From: Octopus vulgaris
Lineage: Eukaryota
Direction: 5' to 3'
NCBI GenBank assembly: GCA_951406725.2
Contig: CATOCA020000001.1
Span: forward strand, 9,176,001 to 9,240,000
DNA length: 64,000 nucleotides
This document shows positions 1-11,700 of this stretch, piece by piece; position 1 is the first letter of the stretch, and each line of letters opens with the position of its first letter. The position numbers and the translations under genes are program-made. Below the pieces are notes generated by a model. It did not search any database and had not been told where the DNA came from. It saw nothing but the letters and a program-made list of their open reading frames with translations.

Positions 1-99
1 TTTCTATATCTAGGGCAGGTACCACTGATATCATTACGTATAACATTACCTAATTTCCTACTAGCTGCCTCCACCCCTTGTATACTCGAACCCTACCTT

Positions 100-630
100 T
101 CTGATCATACCCAGAGAATTGCATGCAGTGCATGAAGTTCTGTATATGTTTTATTCATTTTTTAGGGTTCGCATAGTGGGGACACATTGTTAATTATTCT
201 AACTAAGCCTGCAATCAGTATGTTAATTTTCATCGTGTGTGACAAAGCTGAGTTCTTGTGAACAACATATTTTGAAGTTATGGGTTTCATGTAATAGGAG
301 TGGAAGAGCTGCACTTATTGTTCAGTCTCTAACCAAAGTTCAGTATCAAGTACAGGGAGTCTATTGTTGGAGTGCTTGGTGGGGGAATCTATAGTTTTCT
401 TGATACTTTGGTGAATGGAGTTAGCTATTTGCTGGATGCTCTCCATTATGTTCTTCTCAGTTTCTACATTACCGTCACTAGAGTTGGTCCTAACTATGAT
501 ATTAATGTCATCTTCATATCTACTGTAGAGTAGAAGAGTTAAGGACTGTTCTGCTAAACTTTGTTTAAGTTTTCTGTCCCACCAGGTCATGAAGAGGCCA
601 GCCACATCTCCAGCTACACCTACATGTGGA
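100..630 (-). mobile_element. Penelope-like element, reverse transcriptase/thumb fragment (degenerate)
   Basis: ORF 315-653(-) has YSRYEDD (RT YxDD-like) then LPVLD. The reading continues past the stop as HSYYMKPITSKYVVHKNSALS..KINIL, typical of the PLE RT thumb. Confidence 0.75.
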
Positions 631-988
631 TACATACAGATGGTTAGGTACATAGATTATAAGAACAGACAAGCACACATATGCAAATGGAGACTGAAAC
701 ACATGACCATTTTTACAGACCAAGAATCAACTTATCATCTATTGAAAGAACTGACCAACTGTATAGATATAAACACAATTTTTTTCTTCTTTCTTTCTTC
801 CTTCCTTTCCTTCTCTTTTCCATTGACACTAAGAAAAAACACATTTTTTCACTTTGAAAACATTTTTCTTTCAGAAAACCTGGTAAGCTGGCTGAACCAA
901 AGTAAGCATCTGTCCCAGCCACCTACTTAAAAAATATATATTCTTTTGCTTTGTCTTTTCTTCAAAAGCTTCCTTTCAGATACATGAG

Positions 989-989
<1 letters not shown>

Positions 990-1026
<37 letters not shown>

Positions 1027-1034
1027 TACAAACA

Positions 1035-1076
<42 letters not shown>

Positions 1077-1112
1077 TACAAACAGACACACACACACACA
1101 CAAACACACACA
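990..1112. repeat. (CA)n microsatellite, interrupted
   Basis: Direct reading. Confidence 0.95.
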
Positions 1113-1376
1113 CTCTCACTTTTTCTCCCACTGTCTCCCCATTTCTCTCCCTCTTTTCCTACCCTATACACTCCACATTACTCTTCTCCCCCCTCTCTTT
1201 ACTTATTCACTAATACTGTAAAAAGAGATAAATCCCTTCACAAAATGTAAATCTGAAAAATCTATTAGAGTAGATGAAAGTGCTGATATGTGATTTGTAA
1301 AAACATTCGACACTTTAATAAATATTTGTATATGTTCAACCATCTAGATCACTGAACACCTTATTTATTTATATAC

Positions 1377-1435
<59 letters not shown>

Positions 1436-1436
<1 letters not shown>

Positions 1437-2680
1437 TAATAATGCCAAGAAAAGAGGGAGGCCGTGGTCTTTTGCAACTGGCAATAACAATGAAGATTGC
1501 TACAATTGGCCAAGACACCTACCTGAAAAACTCTGAGGACTGGATGTTAAAACTTGTCTCAAAACATGAAAACAAGAAAGCATCATACTCAGTCACAAAA
1601 CAGGCAAAGGAATATCTAAGTGAATTCCGAATACAGCCAATTTCGGAATTAGAGATAGACATACAAGAAACAAGCACAGAAAAAGCTAGGCGCATGAAAA
1701 CCCGTGCCAAAACTGCGGCCTCAGATATTCTGAATAATAAATAGCAAGAAAAACCTCTCTATGGCAAATACCCAAAGAGAGAGCGAATAATGCAGATATG
1801 GCTAATGGCCTCTGGCTTAAAATCTGAAACAGAAGGGTTTATCATAGCAGCTCAAGATCAATGCCTACCAACAAGAAACTACCAGGCCAACATATTAAAA
1901 AATGGCAGTAGCCCAACAAGTCGTGCATGGCGACAACAAAATGAAACCATTGATCATGTTGTCTTCAAATGCAGTCTTCTAGCGCCTACAGAGTACCTCA
2001 ATAGGCATGGTAGAGCTGCACAATATATTCACTGGGTAATTTGCAAAAACCTGGATTTGCCCCATGAAAAAAACTGGTGGGAACACAATCCACCTCCATT
2101 GCTTGAAAATGACCACATCTCACTCCTCTGGAACTTCACCATTCAAACTGACAGAAAGATAGATGCAAATAGGCCAGACATCATATTGAAAGACTTCAGA
2201 CAAAGAACATGCCTCCTCATTGATATGACTGTCCCAATCGATATAAACGTATCTGTCAAGACCTACCAAAAACTGAGCAAATATAAAGATCTTGAAATAG
2301 AAATCAGCAAAATGTGGAAGCTGAAGACTAAAACAATATCTGTTGTCATAGGTGCCCTGGGAATGATAGCGAAAGGGGCTGACTGCTACCTAACTCAGAT
2401 ACCAGGAAACCACAAAAGGGCAGAAATTCAAAAGATAGTGCTCATGGGAACTGATCATATCCTACGCAAAATACTCTCTATGTAATCCCAAGGTTTAAAA
2501 CAAACTTTTTTTTTTTTTAAATTTAGGTATTAGACATTCACTAGTACAACACCAAAAAAAACCCAAATATATGGCACACTAGGCATAACAACAACGTGAA
2601 CTTCCAACCTGTTGTCTCTTGAGGTCTCTAGGTGAGACTTGGAGCCAACTTGTACAGACATAAAGCAAAAGTCAAACATA

Positions 2681-2747
<67 letters not shown>
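1436..2747 (+). mobile_element. R4/Dong-clade non-LTR retrotransposon, 5'-truncated, RLE endonuclease end, inside a (TAA)n tract
   Basis: ORFs 1433-1744 and 1790-2485 contain PRKEGGRGL, GLKSETEGFIIAAQDQCLPTRNY, a degenerate CCHC (..ETIDHVVFKC), YLNRH, and NRPDII..LLIDMTVP..K.SKY (PD-D-K RLE). Flanked by (TAA)n at 1379-1440 and 2682-2747. Confidence 0.9.
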
Positions 2748-3056
2748 TAGAAAATGGAAATGAATTGGATATAAATGAATTTATTAATTAATCGATATCA
2801 TCATCTATAATTGTTTCATTTCATGAAGTCAAAATTACAAGACATATACAAATATAAATAAATTTTTCATTTTAAATACCTTTGGTGAAAATCTTCAGAT
2901 TGCATAAAAGGATAATATAAGGACTACATAGTGATTTGAAGGAATATCAATTTATACACAGAATATATATTTATGTTTACTATGTGTAAGTGTGTGTGCA
3001 AGCATTGTTAAAAATATTCATTCATTTTTTAAATTCACTATTACTAATAACAATAT

Positions 3057-4810
3057 CATTGGGCAAAAAAAAAGAAAATTGTCATGCTATTTAAACTTTT
3101 TCAGATGATTGAGGGTAATTTTAAGGTACTGAATCTGAATCTGACATCAGTTTTCAGACAGCAAGTGTAGCTTTTTTGGTTATTCACAGCATCAGATTCT
3201 CCAACCAATTGATAATATTGACAAAGTAGTAGGCTATTTGCTTTCAATTTTCATTCATATACTCATCACGGAAACAAAAACAAGTGCTGATAGAGGTTAA
3301 ATGTAGGCTACCTGTTAAATTGTCACACAAGATGAGAATTTATTTTACTTTGTTATTGCTGTAATTATAGTAAAGTTCTCCTCACAGAAGGCTATTGATA
3401 TTAGGTTATAGCAAGCCACTCAGACACCCTTTCCTTGATAATTGCTAGGGCTGTTAAAACAAAGTACATCAAATAAGAGAGCCAGGTTACATGAAAAGCT
3501 GTTTAGTAGAAAGTTTAGTTATTTATTAAAGTGATCAATGCTTGAAATTTAGAGATGGAAAAAATTGTTTCATGATAGCCATAGCTTCAGTACATTCTAT
3601 AATAATTTCAATGATTTTTTTGAGAAATATATTTTGATGTTTTACAGTAATATTTACATTTGATTAATTTTATATTTTAGTTTACTGATAGTCTTCATTG
3701 AGTGTTGATTTAGGTTATTTCTGTATATTATGATGAGGAGACAAGTTTGTGCTAATCACCTGGACAGCTTTTGTTATGTGTGTGGAAAATTTACATCAAA
3801 AGATCAGAGAAATAAGCTTACAACGAAATTTTAAAATGCTTACAAGCTTTACTTTGGGTCCAAAGTTGGAGACCAAGATAAACTGTGGGCACCTCCTCTT
3901 TGTTGCAAAAGCTGCAACATAGCTCTAACCCAATGGTTGAAAGATAAACGGAAAAGTATGCGCAAACCAACAAACCACTATACCAATTGCTATTTCTACT
4001 TAACTAATATCACAGTTTTCTCTAAGAAGAACAAATCGAAGATTTGTTTATCCAGATTGCTCTTCAGCTTTAATACCAGTTTCTCATGCTGCTGAAAATA
4101 TTCCAATTCCAGAACCTCCTTCATCGTTTGAGAAAAATAGTTTAAATGAAGAAAATACTGCATCTACTTCAATTGAAGGCGTGTCAAGTGATACTGCAGA
4201 TCACTGTGATGAACCAGGATCTTCGAAAAAAGTTCCTTATTTATTGAGTCAACTTGAGTTAAATGATTTAGTTCGAGACTTGGGTTTAACAAAAGAAAAG
4301 TCAGAACTACTGGGCTCCAGGTTGAAACAATGGAATCTTTTACACCATGTTATAAAATATTTGTACTTTCAAAACGGCATACAGGATTGCATTAATTCAT
4401 TGCATGTAGGATTAAAGGAGATGTATGAATCAATGGAAACAATTTTGCACTTGATTAAATATTCTAAACACAAGTGGAAGATATGCAGGGACTTGAAAGT
4501 TATTGGTTTGCTTCTTGGGTTGCAAATGGGGTATGTAAAGCATTAGGGGCTTTTTGTGCCTTTAGAACAGCAGAGATGACAAGCATCACTATAATCAAAA
4601 AGAGGGGCCAAAGTGAAGTGAATTCACTCCAGGGAGATACATTAAATATATCCCTTTAGTTGACCTTCAGAAAAATTTTCCTTCATCCCTTACACATTAA
4701 ATTTGGCTTGTTTAAGAATTTTGTTACGGCCATGAATGTAGACAGTGAAGGATTCAAATATCTCAGTGAAAAATTTGTTTCTAGCATGAGTGAAGCTAAA
4801 ATCAAAGCTG
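3057..4810 (+). mobile_element. Chapaev(3)-like (CMC) DNA transposon, degenerate transposase
   Basis: From about 3730 reads CANHLDSFCYVCGK..YFGSKVGDQDKLWAPPLCCKSC..W..NHYTNCYF (Chapa-like Zn motif). Later QLELNDLVRDLGLTKEKSELLGSRLKQWNLL, HKWKICRDLKV and PLHIKFGLFKNFV. Stops and frameshifts present. Family assignment is from recalled motifs. Confidence 0.65.
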
Positions 4811-4811
4811 G

Positions 4812-5782
4812 TGGACAAGATATCACAAGAACCGCTGGATGGATTCAGATGAAACTTTCAGGGATGTTTGGCCTCATGACTGGCATAAACTGATTAGATT
4901 TTGGGATCAATCTGGTACTGGACAAGGATTCTAGATTATTTGTTATATTTACTTAAGTATTATGATCTTATGTTGAATTTTAAGTCTTTCTCTGATTATC
5001 TCCCTTGAAAGTACACTCATGGTTTCCACATAAGTTATGACAGTGTTGTTGCTTCCAGAGTTTTATTTTGTTTCTCTGTTATTAATTTTACACGCATCTC
5101 TATCTTAGTAGAAACTGATGGACAAAGAAATCAAACAACATAAACAAATGGCAGCAAAACTGCTCAGAAATTAAATAACACTAAAATATTTAGTAACAAT
5201 AATAAATTTAATTTATCCTTGATAATTTTTAGTTTTACCAATTTTGAATATATAGCTCCTGTTCAAAACCTCTTACCTACTTGGCAATTGCATTTCTAGC
5301 TCCGCCTTGAAGGAAGCTTTACTTCTTGAACTCACATTTTTGTGTGCAACGATGTTGTTAAACCTCCGTTAACAGCACCAAATGCAGGTCCTTTCCATTT
5401 TTTTTCACACATGGATAAATTTTTCACTATAGACCTTAATGGTCATTAAGACACTATATTAATGGATAGACTAAAAAAGGCTTTCCTAGAGAAAACTGTT
5501 CCTGTTCCCAATGCAGACGACACGAATGCAGCATTACAAATATGGCCCCACACACCCACCTTCACATTCCATGACTACCACTGGGATTGATCAGGTAGTG
5601 GATAAGGATTCTGGATTAATTTTCCGTGTTTTTTACTTAATTTTTGAGAGAAGTCAGGTTTATTTTTAGTATTCTCGTTTGTGAGAGCAGTTGAGTTTAT
5701 TTCAGATATTCTCATTTTAAAAATCCTCTCCAGCTAATCATTGAGAGGACGTTAGTGTTGCCTTGGTGGAGATTTGTGCTCT
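4812..5782 (+). mobile_element. Non-autonomous Helentron/DINE-1-like element (fragmented)
   Basis: Has an ACCGCTGGATGGATTCAGATGAAACTT core, a repeated GGATTCT(A/G)GATT segment, and a 3' end GCCTTGGTGGAGATTTGTGCTCT resembling HINE 3' termini. Confidence 0.35.
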
Positions 5783-5877
5783 TGTTTAATATTCATATTT
5801 ATATTTAAATTTAACAATAATGATAATAGTCAATTAAATTATATAAGAGTAAAAGTAGATGATTAAAATATATAATA

Positions 5878-6597
5878 TCTTAATATAAAAAAATACCCTG
5901 TCTGTGTGTGTCCTCAATGCATGCTCAAAGTTCTGAATCAATTTGTACCATACTTGGGGTACATGAATAATTTGACCTTGGAAAGAATAATGCAATCTTG
6001 ATTTATTTTTTGTTTTTTAAAATAAATAATATTGCTCTATAGAAAAGATTCACTTGTTCAAATCGTTTCCTCAACTTCCTGTGCTTGAACTTCCAGTCTT
6101 TGATGTCCTAACCAGATATCTACACACACATGTATGTATACATCATTACAGTTGTGATGATTTCTGACAAAAAGAATTTCTAAAGGTACTTTCATGTCAG
6201 AAAAATAATTTCATACGGAGACAGACACCATTTTTTCAGTTAATTAAATGAGGTACTATATACTGTACATTAATTTTCCAAAACATATTTTGGCCATTTT
6301 GGGAACAAGTGGCTTTATTAAGACTTGATATTTCACATTTAAATCCCATGTGATTATTCTTGATGCAAATCAACTTATTAACACTTTCACTTAATTGTAT
6401 TGTCAATGTCAACATAGTAACTAAGTAAACAGCTATTTACACACACACACACACACACACGTATGCATACATCATTACAGTTGTGACGATTTCAGATAAA
6501 AAACAAATTCTAAATTCACTTACATTTTATATTTTCTTCTCTGGCTTTCTATTTGTGTAAGATATATACTTATGTGAGTGTGTGTGTGAGTGTGTGT

Positions 6598-6644
<47 letters not shown>

Positions 6645-8123
6645 ATATGCAAAAAATCTACTTTTAGACTTTTTAATTCATCCACTCCTTAACTTTTCAA
6701 TTTTTTTCTTGAAATTTTACAACTAGGGTTAAGGGTTATATACAGGTGCACAAACGCACAAAACGGAGAAACAGAAACAAATATGGATAACTTGTTCTGA
6801 AACATCCCCCAGTGGGGAATAGTTCACAAAAATAATCTCCAATTGTTTTCCTCCCAAATCCTATATGGATGGAATCTACATACTTCAAGGTATATTTGTA
6901 TTAAAAAATATCCATTTTCTGAAAGTTAAGACAAATTCAAGTGGATTCCGGTGAATTTTCCGAAAGTCCTCCTCCAACCCCTGCTAAAATACTTTTCCCC
7001 CAAACCTTGTATGTTGGGAATCTACATGATATAACACATATTCATTAAAAAATTTCATTAAAAACTATCCATTTTTCTGAAAGTTATCATCATCCAAAGT
7101 TGGTGGGGAGGGGCAGAAAGCCTGTGGTGAGATGGTACCAACTGTCAATGATCTCATAATGCATGTGCTCCCAAACACTGCACAAAACTTTAGCAACAGT
7201 CAATGGCTCTGTGAGCGAGCCATCTTAGTACCATGTAATGATGCTATTAACAAAATCGACTGGGATCTCTTGTAGCTGTTGCCTGGACAATAACAGTCTT
7301 TCAAACTAAGTTCTTGAATGCTCTACAGCCATCTGAGATGCTACCTCATCACTTAACACTTAAAAAGGAGGCCCCAATCATGCTGCTCAGGAATCTGGAA
7401 TCACCTCGACTGTGCAATGGCACCTGACTGGTGGTGAAAGTGATGTGATTCCATGTCCCGGAAGCAATAATTATGACTAGGAACTATAAGGGTGAGGATG
7501 TCTTCATTCCACAGATCCTGTTAATCCCACATGACATCCCCTTTGAATGGTTCCAGCTCCCAGTGAAACTAAGTTTCACTATGTTAATAAATAAGGACAG
7601 CCTCTCTTGTTGAACTTCACCTTGCTTCTCGCATGGGCAATTATATGTAGGATGTTCGCAGGTTGGAAGTCCCCAAAATCTTTTCATTTATACACCGATT
7701 ACAGGACACACTCTAAACATCATTTAGAAGCTCTAGATAATTAAACTGTGACTGATTGCTGGATTTGTTTCAATAAATTTGTTTATACTCACAACATCAC
7801 ATAGAATTTTTATTAAATGTACTTATTAACAGGAGGAGAGTGCCTGCAGACTGGTTCTTCTCACATTTATGCACTTTCAGGTTCTATGCATTTCAAATAA
7901 GTACTAATAATTGAAGGTTATTGCAAAGACAAAGAACTACCTGGTCTTTAACAGTTCTAACAGTGAAATGGATAAAACATGTTATTGACATTAATAGTTT
8001 GTACCTCAGCTAATTACTGTTGAGACCTGCATAATCCATGTTTCATTTTAGTTAGAGATCTAAAAGGTATTTTTAAATTTCATTATTTCCAATAACCTGG
8101 GCAACAGTAGGTATTTCAGCTGG
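5878..8123 (+). mobile_element. Helitron (non-autonomous) carrying a PIF1-helicase C-terminal fragment
   Basis: 5' TC at 5878 after A. 3' degenerate hairpin (ACCTGGGCAACAGTAGGT) and CTGG (CTRR) before T. About 7300-7700 reads PIMLLRNLESPRLCNGT..KGEDVFIP..CFSHGQLYVGCS. Empty site seen in the paralogous segment near 15300. Confidence 0.85.
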
Positions 8124-8267
8124 TAATAAAATTAAATAAGGCAGCAGAAATAATGAATATAGAATAAATAAGATAAGAATAAAAATTAGAAATAAAGGGA
8201 AAGTTTACGTGGTAATTCATGCACAAGTATACATCTGTGTGTGTATATGCATACATGGATTACATTG

Positions 8268-8552
8268 AGGAGCACTCCATTGGTTATGATGACAAAGGTC
8301 CTAGCTGATATGATCAACAGGACAGCATGCTCATGAAATTAATGTGCAAGTGGCTGAGCACTCCACAGACATGTGTACCCTTAATGTAGTTCTCAGGGAG
8401 ATTCAGCATGACATACAGGTGTTACTCATTTTTGCCAGCTGAGTGAACTGGAGCAACGTGAAACAATGCGTGAAACAATGCGTCACCAGGAATTGAACTT
8501 ATGATCTTATGATCATGAGCTGAATGCCCTAACCACTAAGCCATGTGCCTTT
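8268..8552 (-). mobile_element. tRNA-derived SINE
   Basis: Minus strand starts GGCACATGGCTTAGTGGTTAGG (A box) .. AGTTCAATTCC (B box). Tail shared with 39677-39775. Confidence 0.8.
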
Positions 8553-8787
8553 ACTATGCATAGATGGATTATATTATGTGTATATGTTTACATAGATAAC
8601 ATTGTTGGTATTTATAAAACATAAATAAAATAAAATAAGGAAAATAAGTAAGCAGAAATAAGGAGTAAAGAATAAATAAAAATATAAAGGTGAAATAAAT
8701 TTGCTTATGTGGTTATTTTTATTCATAATTAATTAATTCATTCATTATTTCTGCCTACTTATTTATGTTATTTTATTATATATTTTA

Positions 8788-11700
8788 CTAGCAGTATAGC
8801 CCGGTGTTGCCCGGAATTAAGTTAGGATTATAAAGTGATCAAGCGCTTTATTTCAAACCAAAATAAGTGACACCAACATCAAATTTGAGTGAAATCCATT
8901 GGAATTGGTATACTTTTGGCTGAAAATGGGTTGCAGGCAATTTGATTATGAAATCCCATAAGGAATTGGTTTATCGATTATTTCTATTCAGCGATTGTTT
9001 ATTTTTTTTTTTGAGAACTTACATCATTCAAAGATTCCATGTGTCCTAAGTAATGCTGGCATCAAGTTTGGGGAAAATATGTCAAAATATGTGAAAGTTA
9101 TGGTTGAAAATGGGGTGTAGCCAATTTTAGTAGGAAATCCTATAAGGAATTGGTTCATCAATTTTTTATCCTGATTGAATGGAAAACCCCAAATAGATGC
9201 CTGCCACCAATAATGTTTGGCCTTGGGAGTTGTTGATGGACATGGCGAAGCATGATCTCACTGGGAACTGTGATCTGTGGAGGTTAAATGGCATGTCTGA
9301 CCCTGAGGGATAAAGCTGCATCCTTGAAATTAAAATATTTTCACCCCTCCCGCATCCTGTAACAATGATGGCCTCAGTCAAGTGGGGCGTCAGGGACTTG
9401 ATTACTAAGCAGGTCCTGTTGCGCTGTTTAGGCGGAAGCAAGTTTCTAATTAGCATAATTGGACATCCAACCCTTAGCCTAAGAATGTGAGTGGAAGCCA
9501 TGATGGCTCCAATGAGGTGAGAAACTCGATAGGGTAATTGACAATGTCTTGGGGGTCAGAGATCTGGTCAATTGATTTGTAGATGCACTCCTCACCTGGA
9601 ATTCGGCTTATGAGCTGGTCCTTGATAGCCCTGACAGCTACGTTTTTGGGGGCCAGGATGGTTCTTTCACTGAGCCAATTGATGTCTGCATAATTACTTT
9701 CCAGATTGGGGAACACTGTTTCCGAAAGATCAGAAGGGTTGTCCACAGTGTTGCACAGTTCAGAGATGGATATGTTACCCCTATAATTCCTTGGGAACTT
9801 GCCTTCTCCAAGGGTTAAAATGACTTCAGCAAATGCTGCAGACGTGCTATCACCAAGCAAGTGTGCACACATGTTTGTGCTTAGGCTTAAGGTCTTAACC
9901 TGGAGCCACAACGTCGATGACTTAAGGCATGCACGCACTTCGTCAGCCTGGCTCCCTTTAGGGATGACAGGAAAGTGTTTGCCAGAAATCTCCTGAAAGC
10001 AATAGAGTTACACCACTCATAGAAGCTGTAGAATCCCTAATACCTTTCAGTGACCGGTCCAGTGCCTCAAGGGCACCCTTACTTGTCATTGTGCATTCAT
10101 CCCATACAATGAGATGGCACTAAGAACTTCAGCTTCCTCTGAAATTTTGCCAATCTTACAAGTAGGAACCTCGGCCCTCACCAAATGTAAAGGCAGCCTG
10201 AATGCCGAGAGCACCGTCCTACCTCCCGGCAATAACGTAGCAGCGATTCCCGAGGAAGCAACTGCTAGTGCAATTTGTTTCTTGCAATGAATATTATCAA
10301 GTATTAATTGTGTTACAAAGGATTTGCTGGTACCTCTAGCAGCACTGAGGAAAAAAATGCTGCCCACCTGTTTTTCAATGGCACTGACGACAGTTTCGTA
10401 CATAGCCTCTGATTAGGCAGCAATTTCGGTCCATTTACTCTCAGGTACTCTGCAAGGCCATCAGCGTCATACGACAAGTCCAGATGTAACTTTGGTGGGA
10501 GTGTGTTAACGCCCTGTCGCAATGAGGATGGCAAACCGAATGTGTTCAACGCTGCCCCACCCATTCTGAGCAGGGCATCCTTGATTTCAATCAGCGCATT
10601 ATTGTAGATCAGGTCATTGTATCCAATGTCAGCATTAGGGCACTGTTGCTTTGCCAGTCATCATTTGCCTTGACCACCAAGAAAGCAAAATTACATACAG
10701 AGAATTTCATAAACAGAAATGAATGGAAAAAGGTTTTGAATTAAATTTTTAGATTAACACTTGCACAATTTTCACTAAGTAAAAAAAATTGGATTTTTGC
10801 TTGGAATCAACTACCATGGCCACCTAATATGCTACAAAACCCTTTTTGTGGTCCAAAAAACAGGGTGTGGTGTGGTGGAAGCTTCTGAAATTTCACACCC
10901 CTTACCCATTGATCTTTTCACCATCTATTTTTCAATGTACGTGGAAAAACACGGAGATTAAGAATATGGAAAACATTTTTTTTTTACTCTCAAATTTACC
11001 ATGAAACACTCCAGGCAAATTTTTAGATAAAGCTCACACAATTTTCACTAAGAAAAAAAATCGGATTTTTTGCATGGAATCAACTACCCTGGCCTCCTAA
11101 TATGCTACAAATACCCATTTATATTGCATAATTCATTGAATAATTGATACCTAACCCTTTGTTTCCGTCATCATCATCATCACCGTCATCATCATCATCA
11201 TTGTTCAACGTCCGTTTTCCATGCTAGCATGGGTTGGACGGTTCGACTGGGGTCTGAGAAACCAGGCGGCTGCACCAGGCTCCAGTCTGATCTGGCAGTG
11301 TTTCTACAGCTAGATGCCCTTCCTAACACCAACAACTCCGTGAATGTAGTGGGTGCTTTTTATGTGCCACCGGCACAGGCACCAGGCGAGGCTGGCAATG
11401 GCCACGATCAGCTGGTGCTTTTTATGTGCCACCGGCACGGAAGCCAGTCAAGGCGGCGCTGGCATCGGCCACGTTCGGATGGTGCTTTTTACGTGACACC
11501 AGCACAGGTATCACAACTACAATTTCCATTTGATTTTTATTTCATATTGATGTACTTGACTCAATAGGTCTCGTCAAGCACAGTAGGCCACCCTACAAGA
11601 TAAGCACAACAGGCCATCCTGTGATCCAAGGTACTTTGGATGGGCTGGGGCTGCTACGTGAAGCTCGTGCAGGAGACAGCCATGAACTCACATTATTTGT

